This document shows, piece after piece, positions 1 through 12,445 of a stretch of DNA of 64,000 bases. The notes below the pieces were generated by a model that worked only from the letters and a program-made list of their open reading frames with translations, had not been told where the DNA came from and ran no database searches. The stretch comes from Eledone cirrhosa (Eukaryota): positions 32,488,001 to 32,552,000 of the forward strand of contig OZ024756.1 of the NCBI GenBank assembly GCA_964016885.1. Reading direction: 5' to 3'. Within the stretch, counting starts at the first letter, position 1, and the number at the start of each line of letters is the position of its first letter. The position numbers were made by a program, and so were the translations under genes.

Positions 1-336
1 TTACAGGATTAGACGCTAAATTACAAACTATTGAAAGCAGGTCTGGTTTGCAGCAGACAGAGAATTGCTTTTCTGTTTTTGCACTGTTTTCTTAAGCTTC
101 CGGCTCTTCAGTGCAGTGAGGCGCGAGACACAACAACAACAACATTAACAAATATAACAACATGGATATAAAGCTAATTTAAACAGACATCGGAATTGCT
201 TATATCAGATTGTGTCTCTCTTTAGGCCCTTCTAATTCTATCTCTCTATCTCTATCGCATACCATATGCACTGTAATACTCACAAGCATGTATATAGAAT
301 ATATAGGTATGCCTGCGGAAATACTTTTTTGTATAC

Positions 337-389
<53 letters not shown>

Positions 390-427
390 AATGTCTGTAT
401 TTGTATATGTAATATATCCATATTCCA

Positions 428-469
<42 letters not shown>

Positions 470-470
470 C

Positions 471-807
<337 letters not shown>

Positions 808-814
808 CATTAGT

Positions 815-928
815 GCTTCGGATTAAATGTTTCGGTTATCTTACCGGCTCTGTGAGTCCCTGAGTTCAAATCTAATCGAGGTCAGCTTCACCATTCATTC
901 TTTTCTGCTCAATAAGTAAACTACCAGC
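815..928 (+). mobile_element. Degenerate SINE family 1 fragment
   Basis: ctgagttcaaatct..cgaggtcagcttcaccattcattc...taccag resembles the better preserved family 1 copies. Confidence 0.55.
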
Positions 929-1274
929 CCAGGGAGAGGGTGGCTGTGGCAGTGTAGCTAAAGAGACAGTCGTGATGTTTCACAATCTCTGATTCGACCG
1001 GCAGATAGTTTCTGTTGGTTTTTAGATTGCTGATACTATCTCCTTCGTCCGATCTGACGATCTGCTCATTTCTCTTTTTTTTTTATTGCAGTATTAAAAA
1101 CAACCAGTGCAATCATAGCTTATTATAGTGGCTATTTATTATTTAATCATACTATATATCATCGTCAGATAATTACAAGTTCTATGATAAGGGATGTAGA
1201 CAATACGTCTTACTCTGGAGACATTTTTCTAGGGTGTCATTATATTTACAAACGTTCTATAAATGTCTAAGGTG

Positions 1275-1560
1275 TTTAGGCTACCGGCGTTTGGCGTACC
1301 GCTGTATAGTTAATGATTTCAATTCCCAGCGGCAGCATTTTGCCCTTGGAAAAGATACTTCATTTAATGTAACTCCAGTTTATACAGCTAACAAAAATAT
1401 GTCGTAGCTGTAATTCAAATAACCAACCTTGTTAACCACACTGCGTCAAGCTGACTCTCATTGAGAATTTTTTTTGATTACATGTGTTTCAAAAGCGTTC
1501 AGTTTCCCGACCATTCTTTTCCGTTGTTCGACAAAACTTAAACACTCTTCGTCTGAAATG
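1275..1560 (+). mobile_element. Degenerate SINE family 2
   Basis: ttcaattcccagcggc..ttgcccttggaaaagatacttcattt..ctccagt..caagctga-tctc is similar to 28725-29030. Confidence 0.5.
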
Positions 1561-2217
1561 AGAAATACGTCCAAAAATACTATTTTATTGCAATGTGGTT
1601 CCATATTTAATACATTCAGTTTATGCATTATCCTGTGGGATCTATGAGCATTGGTTTAAGTACATTTTACTCAGATCCGGGAAATTTCTTTGGAGTTCAT
1701 TTTATTATACTCTCACCGTATTTGGTTCACTATAAAGGCATGCACACATGAAACAGTGGATAATAATATTCAACACAATTTTCACGCAATAAATTGCATT
1801 AAAAACGAAAACCAAAAACCAAATAAAACAATCCATTGCACTTCCTGGAATTATTTATGCCATGGTTTAAATTGTCATGCCCAATTATCTTAATTTTCGG
1901 CGATAGCTGATATCCTAAATCCAGCATGCGTGATATATGATAATCCTGAACATTCGTTTGAAGAAATAGAGCATAAAAAAGAATAAAAATAACAAAGAGA
2001 CTAAGACTGACAGATAATTATAGTGGAAAAAATACAAGGATTTATATATGAAACTTTATAAATTTCAACTTGAACATTCTCAACATGAAAGCTGTCTTTA
2101 TGAATTATCGTTAGCATCAAAACTTCATTGCACACGTGTTAAAATTTATATAGGAATGATTCACAATGTGGAAATATAATAGGTATCAAGAGCCATTATT
2201 GACAGAGCCTCTAATAT

Positions 2218-2430
2218 GGTGGATTATCAGAATCAGGAGAACACTATACCTGCTTTGCGGCATACGGCTATAGCCTTTTGCGTTCGGCGTTCAAATCTCG
2301 CCGAGTTTAACTTTGCCTTCCATCCTAACGAGGTCGATCAAATAAAGTACCAGTAACACACTGAGGTCGATTTAATCGACTTTTACCTTCTGTTTATATC
2401 GCTGGCCTTGTGCTTAAATTAGAAACAGTT
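2218..2430 (+). mobile_element. tRNA-derived SINE family 1
   Basis: B-box-like gttcaaatc, core gccgag-ttaactttgccttccatcct..ggtcgat..aaataaagtaccag, tail gctggccttgtgc..tagaaac. Confidence 0.8.
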
Positions 2431-3054
2431 CTTAACAGAGCATCTACTGGATATCTTGCTCTGCTAGATGTAGCAGCCAAATCAAGCTTTCATCCATCTA
2501 CGTTTTATTCTAATGAGACGAGGGAAACATTGAACAACTAAATTTTTGGATATATTATCACTGAACTAAAATAGCATTGACCTGGTTTAAATGCCTTTGA
2601 TCAGAATTCTGGATTACCGGTGCTGATCAGTGGCTAAAGAGTAAAAATAATAGGAAATACTCATTAGAAAATATACTCCTAGATATATTATGATTGAATA
2701 TACATAAGAAGGGGTTGTTGGAAGCTGGATCAACACTTGATCACAGTTGACCACGTAATTTACAAAGTTTTCTAATTGCCAGTAATATAGAGGTCGTGGA
2801 GTGATGATCCCATTAATTGACTGGTACTCTATTTTGGACGTTGTTTTATGACTAAAGTTACTTCTGCATGATTTAATTACTTTAGTTTCAACATATGATC
2901 TGTTTGTCAAATGACTTGATCAGAGATCAAGTCATAAATATTTCCCAGAACCGTAAAGTGGATTTACTTTATTCAACACTTGAGGGATGATGTACAAACG
3001 TAAGACTAATTAGATTTGAGTTTAGAAAATGTACCTCTGGAAGTAAATTATACA

Positions 3055-3320
3055 GGCGTGAGCATGTCTGTGTGGTTAAGGAGATTGCTTAGCAATCTCA
3101 TAGTTCTGGGTTCGGCACCCCTTTACGGCAGATTGGGAAACTGTCTTCTATATTCACGGGATACTTTATGCTTTATGAGTGGAATAGTGTAGATTGAATC
3201 TACAGATGACCATCATATTTAAATGTTAGATTTGAAACATAAAAGCGCTAAGATGGTTATGCTCAACCAAATCAATATGTACCCCATCATGGCCGAAGTC
3301 TAATGACTGAAAGCTCGTAA
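3055..3320 (+). mobile_element. Degenerate SINE family 3
   Basis: A-box-like tgtgtggttaag, B-box-like gggttcggcacc, tail ccccatcatggccgaagtctaatgactgaaa; related heads at ~17520 and ~38860. Confidence 0.5.
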
Positions 3321-3448
3321 TAGATTTACGAGTAATAAATGCGCCAATTTCGAGTAGTGCTGTGAAGAATTTCATACATTTCTGTCTTGCCTGGCGGCAG
3401 AAAGGGCGTAAGAGTGAACACAGTCTTCTCAGCTTTCAAAGAGCTTAC

Positions 3449-3656
3449 CTTTTTTTACAATTTACAGCACGTATCACATTAGCGTAACTTGATATTAAAA
3501 AAACAAATGTCTTATATTCATCAGAGGCCAAATATTTAGGGGAAATATTATAGTGAAGTTTACTCAACGCCGGTATATCTATAGGTATTCCGTTTATCAA
3601 CTCCCATCTCAAGTGATGAATCTTATATATGTGTCCCCTCTCTAGTGATATATGAT
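3449..3656 (-). CDS. Candidate internal coding exon, YWTD/beta-propeller-like peptide
   Basis: Acceptor ttttatatgttctctgttcttAG, donor AG|GTAAGC; 208 nt open in one frame (HISLERGHIYKI...ISPKYLASDEYKTFVFLISSYANVIRAVNCKK); non-repetitive sequence. Confidence 0.5.
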
Positions 3657-4079
3657 CTAAGAACAGAGAACATATAAAATATATGGCAATCGAGACAGCT
3701 GTAATATTTGACACCAGTTATACTCCAAAGTCTGAGCCCCTCCAAAAAAAAAATAATATTACACTTACAGACTTAAAAAACAAACATTCGTATTAAGATG
3801 AATACAAATATAAACAACATAGAGAAAATATAAAATAATACGAAACATTGCACACATATTACGAAGAGTATTTTCAACACAATCAAAACAGCACGCACAC
3901 AAAAAAATAACAGTGCACATACCAAAGACACACATAGCTATGCTCGATAAATCGGTCTACCACTTTGAAATAAAACTACTGAATATATGTGGTGGTAGGA
4001 GTCATAGTAGTAGTATTAGTAGTCGTGGTGGTAGTAGTAGTGGTAGTAACGGCAATAACAAAATCTAAATTGTATTATA

Positions 4080-4402
4080 GTTGTTTCTAATTTTGGCACA
4101 AGGCCAGCAATTAATCAGTGCATTACTGGTGGTGCATTTTATCGACCTCACAAGGATGAAAGTCAAAGTTAACCTCGGTGGGATTTGAACTCAGAACGTA
4201 AAGGACCATAACTCTATGCTGCAAAGCATGTTGTCCGATGCTCTACCGATTTTGCCATCCTCGTATTATATTGACTTCTGATTTGGGCACAAGGCCAACA
4301 AAGGTTTTGGAGGAAAGTCGATTAAATCGTCCCCAAGTGCATTCATTTTATCGACCCCTTAAAGATGAAAGGCAAAGCTATATTCGGCGGGATTTGAACG
4401 TA
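4080..4402 (-). mobile_element. Two tandem SINE family 1 copies (second truncated)
   Basis: ttggcacaaggcca...ttttatcgacc...aaagttaacctcgg-gggatttgaac occurs twice. Confidence 0.8.
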
Positions 4403-5449
4403 AGGTGATCTCATTACGTGCCATATCTGATCTAAATTGTTTTGTAAATCATTTCAGAGAAGTTGGTCTTCTGTAGGAAACTTTGTGAAAACAATATCTG
4501 TCTTGTAGGTCAATATATTGTATATTATGGTCAAGTTCCACTTATATCCTTTTAGAATTTGTTAACCTTTACTGTTGTCCACGATAGTTTGGGTTTCTCG
4601 ATGGTCTTCAATTTCTCATCATAACAAGATGATGATATCTTGCTTCTGTGATGTGGGATGTAGTGGATACTTATCTATTGCTTCTGTAACCGCGGACGAA
4701 TCGAATGTTCCAATCAACATTGGAGCTACAACCAGTGAGGCGAATGGTAGGGTTGTTGAAGTGACCTCCGCCTTAAATGTAAAGAATGGTATCTAGAGAC
4801 AGGAATCACCATTTTTCTGTCTTCCTTTCCTCTCCTCTTCATCTCCACTTCATCAGCTTTTCAGTAGATGCCTATTAGTAACAGATCGATATCAGATTTG
4901 TTTGCTCCCAGCATATGAGCTAGAAACTCTAGCAAGAGAATTCATGCATTTAGTAATTCATTTGCTTGTGTTCGTGTAAATTAGTGATAGCTCTAAAATT
5001 TAATTTTGTCTGCCTACGGATTTCAGTTTATTTCCCTTTTATTGTATTTTATACTCTGTTTTGTCAGGCAGCTAAAACTTTTGGCGCCAGGAAGAGCATC
5101 AGGTTGTAAAATATTGCCTTAAATATCCCTATGATGAATATGAAGCTTATCACAATGCCCGCAAATACGTCAAGTATGTAATTTTTAGTAATTCGTTTTT
5201 TTTCTACAAATTTCATACTTGACCTAATTATTCGAGATTTAGCATGGAAATTGGCTGTGGAACCTTTGTGATACTCTTTGTTATTTTAAATGTTTCAGTT
5301 CTTGAATGTGGATTGAGAATACATATTGAAATGAATGTCACTACATTAAATACGTTACTAAAAAAAAAAAAAAAAAAAATAGGGAGTTTTATCTCATCCT
5401 GTATTGCAGGTGTTTCATAGATATTTGTATGCAAAATAAAGGCACGATA

Positions 5450-5656
5450 TAAAGGCACAAGCCCAGCAACTTTGGGGGAGGGGAAAGTCGATTAAATTGA
5501 CTCCAGTGCGTGTCTGGTACTTTATTTTATCGACCCTGTAATGATGAAAGGCAAAGTTAACCTCCGCGGGATTTGAACTCAGATCATAAAGGGCCATAAC
5601 TCTATGCTGCACAGCATGGCATCCGACCCTCTACCGGTACTGCAAATCTACCACCT
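5450..5656 (-). mobile_element. SINE family 1
   Basis: Full-length reverse-complement match to family 1. Confidence 0.85.
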
Positions 5657-6751
5657 TTTTTGTATGCAAAATAATATAAAATAATATATCAAATCTCTGA
5701 TGTTGGAGCTTTCACGAGATATCCCTATGATTACAAATCAATAATGATGATGGTGAGGATGATTAATAATGATAATGAGGAGGGTGCTGGTGTTGATGAT
5801 GGTGATGATGATGAAAATAAAAATAATAATGACAATAATGACAATAATGACAATAATGACTTAAATGTTTCCCATCGTAATCTCAAGCTGAGCTTGTAAA
5901 TATTTGAGCATACGCTGGTTTACTGGAAAAACATCAGTGGTTACCTGATAAATTGCTGGCATAATTTAAATAAATAATTATATTAATAATAGTGTAGAAT
6001 TGTCGTCAACAGTATTTGCCTGTTGTTGTGATTGTATGTGGAGGGAATAATAACATCAGGTATAAAAAAAAGTTAAATATATAACTGCAAAGCGTAAATT
6101 AAAAATTGAAAAAACCCTGACGTAAGGTGTAAAGAGCATGTCAGCCTCATTTAACTATTACTAAATGAACGTTAATTTCAGTTGTCAATGCAACAAATTT
6201 GCATGTAGAATGACGTAAATGTGTATTACGTGTCTTACTAGCCTTCTGGAAAAATAGCAAGAAACAAACATATTTGTGATATTTCGTTAAATTTAATTGC
6301 GTAGAGGAGTAATCCTATTATTGGAACTCAACTAAAAACATACAAACAGTGACAATTAGTTTAGCAGCAGCAGGAACAGCCATAATTTCAAAACCTAATA
6401 GTAATTATTTCCCTCTCAGTCACTAAATGTTTCCAAGATAATAATATTTTCGTTAGAAATAATTGGAGGGGAAAATAGCGCAGTGGGAATGGCGCCTAAA
6501 GTCCCTCTTTTACAGGGGTAGCATACTTAATTCTGAGAGTGTAAGAGAGAATGATTAACAAGCACGCTCCCCTCACCATATATATATGTATATGTATGTA
6601 TGTGTTTGTATATATATATATGTAAGGTGAGAGAGAGAGAAAAGAGAGGGAGAAAGAAAGGGAAAGAAAGAGGCAAAGAGAACATAAGAGAAAAATTAAC
6701 CCTCGTACAAGACAGGTATTATATTCATAGAAATATGATATATAACAGTAG

Positions 6752-6955
6752 TTTCCAATTAAGGTACAATACCAGCAATCTTAGAGGTTGGGAAGAATCG
6801 ATTTAATAGAACCTAATTCTTGAATGCTACTTTATTTTACTGATCTCAGAAGTATGGAAAAAGTTACTTTTCTCCGACGAGATTTGTAGTCAGAACGTAA
6901 AGGGTTATAACTAAATGCTGTGTAAACCTTTTATCTGACTCTCTTATGTTTCTTC
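6752..6955 (-). mobile_element. Degenerate SINE family 1
   Basis: tactttatttta...cgacgagatttgtagtcagaacgtaaagggttataact. Confidence 0.5.
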
Positions 6956-6974
6956 GAAACCATCGATCTAGTGA

Positions 6975-7249
6975 CCGGGTTGTATTTAGACATTGAGAGC
7001 CCGGGTGACTTCATATTTGTGGGGGCTCCACATACACAAACAAATTAGAATACATAGGAAATCCCTAATTTTATATATTAAAGGAAGCTTTGTCCAAATA
7101 ATTGGAATTGAAAAGTTATACATAGAGGTATTAAATTAAAAAATTCTAAAACTAAAACCCCAGCTGAGGGCTCAATTAAATTGCTACGGCCGTTGGGAGT
7201 CCGGAGAAATTTTCCTTATTCGACCCCCCCCCTATTAAATCCCGCCCTG
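6975..7249. mobile_element. Probable hAT-type MITE
   Basis: Imperfect 14-bp TIRs (ccgggttgtattta / taaatcccgccctg, 10/14); 8-bp flanking duplication tctagtga/tctattga with one mismatch. Confidence 0.5.
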
Positions 7250-7603
7250 TCTATTGATTAAAAATAAATATATAATACCACATATAATACCCCTCTAACT
7301 AAACCCTACCAAACAAATACCAAAATCCTGTAATCCTACATGTTCCTAAAACATTTTCCAAACATTTAATCTTTATACGTCTACGTAATTGAACCTGGTT
7401 TTATATCATACATATATATTATATATATACGTATTATACACATGTGTGTAAAGGTAGAATATATAAGACGATATCTTAAAGAACATCAACTACAACAATA
7501 ACAATAACAACAACATTAACAAATAGCAGCAATAAAGAGAGCCAAATTTCAAGACAACCATATGTACTTATATAACACACACACACACCACACACACACA
7601 CAC

Positions 7604-7636
<33 letters not shown>

Positions 7637-7678
7637 GATACACATACACACACATCCACATACACACACACACACACA

Positions 7679-7728
<50 letters not shown>

Positions 7729-7732
<4 letters not shown>

Positions 7733-8615
7733 GTGTGTCAGAAAAGTTCCAGGACTGATGTCACAAAAGATTTACTTCAAACCAATATTTCACACATAAG
7801 AGTCTTCTCCTTCAAAGTAATCCCCCTGGAGTCTAATGCACTGTTCCATCCTTTTCTGCTAGGCTTGCATGCACTCCTGGACGGATTCTTCCGGGATCCT
7901 CCGCAGTTCCGTCGTCACGGCCTTTTTTATGTCGTCCACGTCTTCAAAACGGGTCCCCTCCGGGTCGTACTCGAAGATCCATGACTCATCACTGGTGATG
8001 ACTGTCCCTAGCAAGTCTGGTTCGGTTTCAAGACGCTCGAGGATGTCCTGGCACACTTGCATGCGTCGACCCTTCTGGTCATCGTTCAGCAGTTTTGGCA
8101 CCATCTTCGCGCAGACTTTCCGCATGTCCAAATCTTCAGTGAGAATCTTCCAGACGCTGTCCCGATTCATGCCCAGTTCATTTGCCATCAGTCGAACATT
8201 CAGCCGACGATCGCTACGCACCATCTGGCTGACGCGCTCAACGTTGACCTCAGTCCCGGTTGTTGAGGGCCTTCCGCTCCTGGGGTCATCGTGCACCACT
8301 CAAAAACACGTGAGCGTGACATCGTCTCATCTCTATACACTTGCTGCAGCAATCTCAGTGCTTCTGACGGAGGTTTCCCCAACCGTACCAGAAACTTCAA
8401 GTCTGTTCGTTGCTCTGTGCTCATTGCTTGATGACCTGAAACAGAGGACATGTATATACAATTATGAAGAAAAAAGTTTGATCGCTGCAGAGAGCTAAGA
8501 TTACAGTTACTTACTCCAAAGAGATTACTTTGAAGGAGAAAACTCTTAGTGTGAAGTTTGGGTTTGAAATAAATCTTTTGTAACATCAGTTCTGGAACTT
8601 TTCTGACACACCTCC
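7729..8615 (-). mobile_element. Internally deleted mariner (Tc1/mariner) transposon
   Basis: ~94-bp imperfect TIRs (tgaggtgtgtcagaaaagttccag... / ...ctggaacttttctgacacacctcc), TA target duplication, transposase remnants inside. Confidence 0.95.
7859..8425 (-). pseudogene. Mariner transposase pseudogene
   Basis: MSTEQRTDLKFLVRLGK...SRSRVFEW, a frame break, then DDPRSGRPST, KMVPKLL (WVPHEL-like), VITSDESWIFEYDPE fused directly to GTRFEDVDDIK; most of the catalytic domain is missing. Confidence 0.93.
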
Positions 8616-8644
8616 TATATATAATACACACACACACACATGCA

Positions 8645-8695
8645 TTACGCTGGTATTCTAAGGGATATAAGCTTGCAGCATATTCTACCTTTAAA

Positions 8696-8745
<50 letters not shown>

Positions 8746-8804
8746 CACATGCATTTAAAGGTAGAGTATGCTGCAAGCCGATACCCCTTAGAAAACCAGT
8801 GTAA
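8645..8804. repeat. ~56-bp diverged inverted repeat flanking a (TA)n tract
   Basis: ttacgctggtattctaaggg...cttgcagcatattctacctttaaatgcat / atgcatttaaaggtagagtatgctgcaag...cccttagaaaaccagtgtaa. Confidence 0.85.
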
Positions 8805-8823
8805 GACAAAACGAAAGAAGAAA

Positions 8824-8858
<35 letters not shown>

Positions 8859-9125
8859 AAAACAACACCAACAACAGCATCAGAGACAATTTTCGACAAG
8901 ACAGGATACAGTAAATTAGACGCAAAAACACGTATTTCTAAAATTAAAAATAAAACTAATACATAGACAAATAACAAAATAACTGAACTGTTTTAGCGAT
9001 TCCACATTCCACATGCTGGAGTAGTAGAGAAGGGTGATTAGTTTCTCTTGACATGGAAAATGTCAATGTGTACTTTTAGAGATTTTGAAGTTCTTGGAGG
9101 GAAATGTAGACGCTTCAGAATGAAA

Positions 9126-9261
9126 TACTTCTTCGTTCGTACTTCTTCGTTCGTACTTCTTCGTTCGTACTTCTTCGTTCGTACTTCTTCGTTCGTACTT
9201 CTTCGTTCGTACTTCTTCGTTCGTACTTCTTCGTTCGTACTTCTTCGTTCGTACTTCTTCG
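9126..9261. repeat. Perfect 14-bp tandem repeat (TACTTCTTCGTTCG) x ~9.7
   Basis: Read directly from the sequence. Confidence 0.95.
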
Positions 9262-9433
9262 AACAACCGCCATCAAAGAGTCGATAGTGGTGGTGGTGGT
9301 GGTGATGATGAGTGTGGTGATGATGGTGGTGATGATGATGATGATTGTGCTGATAGTGAGGGTGATGATGATGATAGTGATGATGGTGATGGTAATGACG
9401 ATGATAGTGATGATGATGGTGATGGTGGCGGCG

Positions 9434-9633
9434 NNNNNNNNNNNNNNNNNNNNNNNNNNNNNNNNNNNNNNNNNNNNNNNNNNNNNNNNNNNNNNNNNNN
9501 NNNNNNNNNNNNNNNNNNNNNNNNNNNNNNNNNNNNNNNNNNNNNNNNNNNNNNNNNNNNNNNNNNNNNNNNNNNNNNNNNNNNNNNNNNNNNNNNNNNN
9601 NNNNNNNNNNNNNNNNNNNNNNNNNNNNNNNNN
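9434..9633. other. Assembly gap (200 N) flanked by (GAT/GGT/GTT)n repeats
   Basis: N run. Confidence 0.99.
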
Positions 9634-9824
9634 GCTGTTGAGAGTGATGATGTTGTTGAGAGTGGTGGTGTTGTTGTTGTTGTTAAGAGTGTTGTTCTCG
9701 ATCGTGAAGCCATGAACAGATTCAGCTGTTGGCAAGATTTGAAGATGAAAATGTGTGAAACCTGATAACAGTGCAAACTTACTGTACGTTCGCTAAATGC
9801 AGAAGAGAGAAGAGAAGGTGTGTT

Positions 9825-9908
<84 letters not shown>

Positions 9909-9987
9909 TGCGATGGAGTGTTTTCGAAAAAAATAGTACCTTGATGGAAAATTGTATACTATCCTGCCAAAAAAGCAAGCCACACGG

Positions 9988-10026
<39 letters not shown>

Positions 10027-10651
10027 ATATATGTATGTATATATATATATGTATGCATATATGTGTGTATGTATATATATGTGTGTGTGTGTATTTATAT
10101 ATGTATGCATGTACGTGTATATATATATATATGTGTGTATGTGTGTGTGTGTGTGTATGTATATATGTGTGCATGTATATATATATATATATATATATAT
10201 ATTAATATATATATATATATGTGTGTGTATGTGTATATACGCATGCATATAGGTTCTCTTTATTCTATATCTAGAATTTACGCAAATAAAGCATTCCTCT
10301 TTGTACACATATACACATAAGTATATAGATGTTCTAGCACGAAGTCATATGCACTATTTCATTTCAAATGTTTATCTAGCCGCAACAGTCTGGTGATATA
10401 TCCTTATCTATTTACTCTTACGTCTATGTAGCTATTTAGTTTAATGTCTCACATTTGTGAGAAGAGGGCGGGGGTGATGTGCAATCATTATTTCCGTGCT
10501 TAAAGTCTTGATTACGTTTATGCGATTCTCTGTCTTCGTTTCTCCCAATCACTTACAGATTCTGTCATGTCTACCTGTCTCTCTTTGTGTCTGTATCTCT
10601 TTCTATATCTATATCTCTTTCTATCACTCTTTCATTCCTCCCTCTCTGTCA

Positions 10652-10684
<33 letters not shown>

Positions 10685-10705
10685 ATTATATATATATATA
10701 TATAT

Positions 10706-10920
10706 GTCAACATGATAGGATCTGTTATTTTTATCTAAAGACATTTTTTCCAATTACAACCCGCCCGTCCCCTCAATCTACCTTATTACTCATTCTTTCT
10801 TCTGATGAAGGATTAGCGTCCGAAACGTTAAGACCCTCTTCCTGCTATATCAAGCGTTAACCTAATATATCCCTTCCATATACTGTACCGATTGTGTTGT
10901 TATTTCTGTTTACCTTTTAT
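10706..10920 (+). mobile_element. Family B short element with minimal hammerhead motif
   Basis: tctt-CTGATGA(10802)-a-gga-ttagcg-tcc-GAAACGTT-aaga; flanked by (TA)n; copies at 34602-34780(-), 41148-41360(+), fragment 55704-55762. Confidence 0.7.
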
Positions 10921-11850
10921 ATACATATATATATATATATATATATACATATTTATAGGTATAGACCCCGAGTTAATCTGGTGATAACGACAATTAAACA
11001 GGTACTCAATACATATATATGTGTATGTGTCTGTGTACAGTTCAGCAGAGGGAAGGACTCTACCAGTTTTAAATATTGTCAAGACGGATCCTCTCTTTCC
11101 ATGCGGAGTTTTGACCCCATGACCATACTTTTATATTTTGAGCCTATACATAACCACCGAGGCACTCCCATCGTGGATATAGACATCAGTTCCTTTAATC
11201 TTTTAAGAGTGGATGAAATAAGTACAATTAATTACCAGGGGTCAATATAAGTGCCTTTGTTCTCCCTCTTCCCATATATAAATGGCATTGTGGCCATTTT
11301 GAAATGAATATATCATCCCGGAGGAGGAACCGTCTCACTTTGATCTTCATAGCTTTTTTGGTATAGTGGTATTAGTTTCGTAGCGGTTGACTGTTTTACA
11401 AAACGGTAATTGACTTGCATTGGCCTATGAAAGAAGTCATTGGTGAGGATGGTATGGAATTGTACAAATAGAACAGCTTAGCTAATTAATATCTTTCAAA
11501 TAAACTCGGTCCATCTGGTTAACGCGACGGTTGCTGTTATTGTTACTGCTGTCATTATCGTTATTTTTGTGGATGTTTTTGTTGTTTCACCTCCTGTATG
11601 TTCAGATCATGAAGATCGATCGTGTTCGTGCGTGTGAGAGTATGTGTGTGCGTGTATAAATGAATGCATGTGGGGGTGTGCATAAATGTGTGTGTGAATG
11701 TGTGAAAGTATATTATAGAATTAGTCCCTCTTTATATTAGAAGTAACATTTTATTTGTGGGAGATTCGTCTGATGTTTCAGGCAGGACAAAAGACAGATT
11801 GAATAGTGGGACTGCTTCAATGGAATCCTTTATTTCTACCTTCCCAGAAT

Positions 11851-12445
11851 GTGGTGGATTGGTAGTATCGGTAGAGCGTCGGGCACCATGCTTTGCGGCA
11901 TGCAGTTATGGTTGTTTACGTTCTGGGTTCAAATCCCGCCTAGGTTAGCTTAGCCTTTCATCTTTACGGGGTCGATGAAATATTTTTTGTAAAGTACCAG
12001 TAACACACTGGGGTTGATTTAATCAAGTTTCCCCTCATATGTTATTGTTGGCCTTATTCATAAATCAGTAACCAATATTTCAGAAGGCGTTGTAATGGCA
12101 GTATCAGTGGAGGGTCGGACGCCATGCTCTGCAGCATAGAGTTATTGCTCTTTATGGTCTGAGTTCAAATCCCGCCGAGGTTAACTTTGCCTTTCGATGA
12201 AATAAAGCACCAGTAATGCACTGATATAATTGCTGGCCTTGTGCCAAAAGTAGAAATAACTATTACTATTCCAGAAGACGGAGGAATGGAAAACTCGTTG
12301 GTGGGCTGGGCAAATGCTCATCAATATTTATTTCGTCCATTTTCTTGCTACATTCAAATCCTGTCAAGGCCAACTTCATCTTTCATCCTTCAGGAGTCCA
12401 TACAATAATGTACCAGTAAAGTATTGGACTCGATTTAATCAACTC
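11851..12445 (+). mobile_element. Three head-to-tail SINE family 1 copies
   Basis: Repeated tggcagtatc-gtagag..gttcaaatcc..taccagtaa units; third copy degenerate. Confidence 0.8.

Noticed and set aside
1715-1950. Minus-strand segment with acceptor-like and GTGAG donor-like sites
   Set aside because: No frame is open across the segment; only a short hydrophobic ORF without a recognisable motif
4575-4880. Unique-looking sequence with short ORFs and dibasic sites
   Set aside because: No consistent splice sites or recognisable protein motif
7869-8498. 209-aa plus-strand ORF
   Set aside because: Antisense shadow of the mariner transposase
9126-9261. CRISPR-like regularity, also at 43655-44200 and 58674-59040
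   Set aside because: Tandem repeats without unique spacers, no cas genes, eukaryotic context
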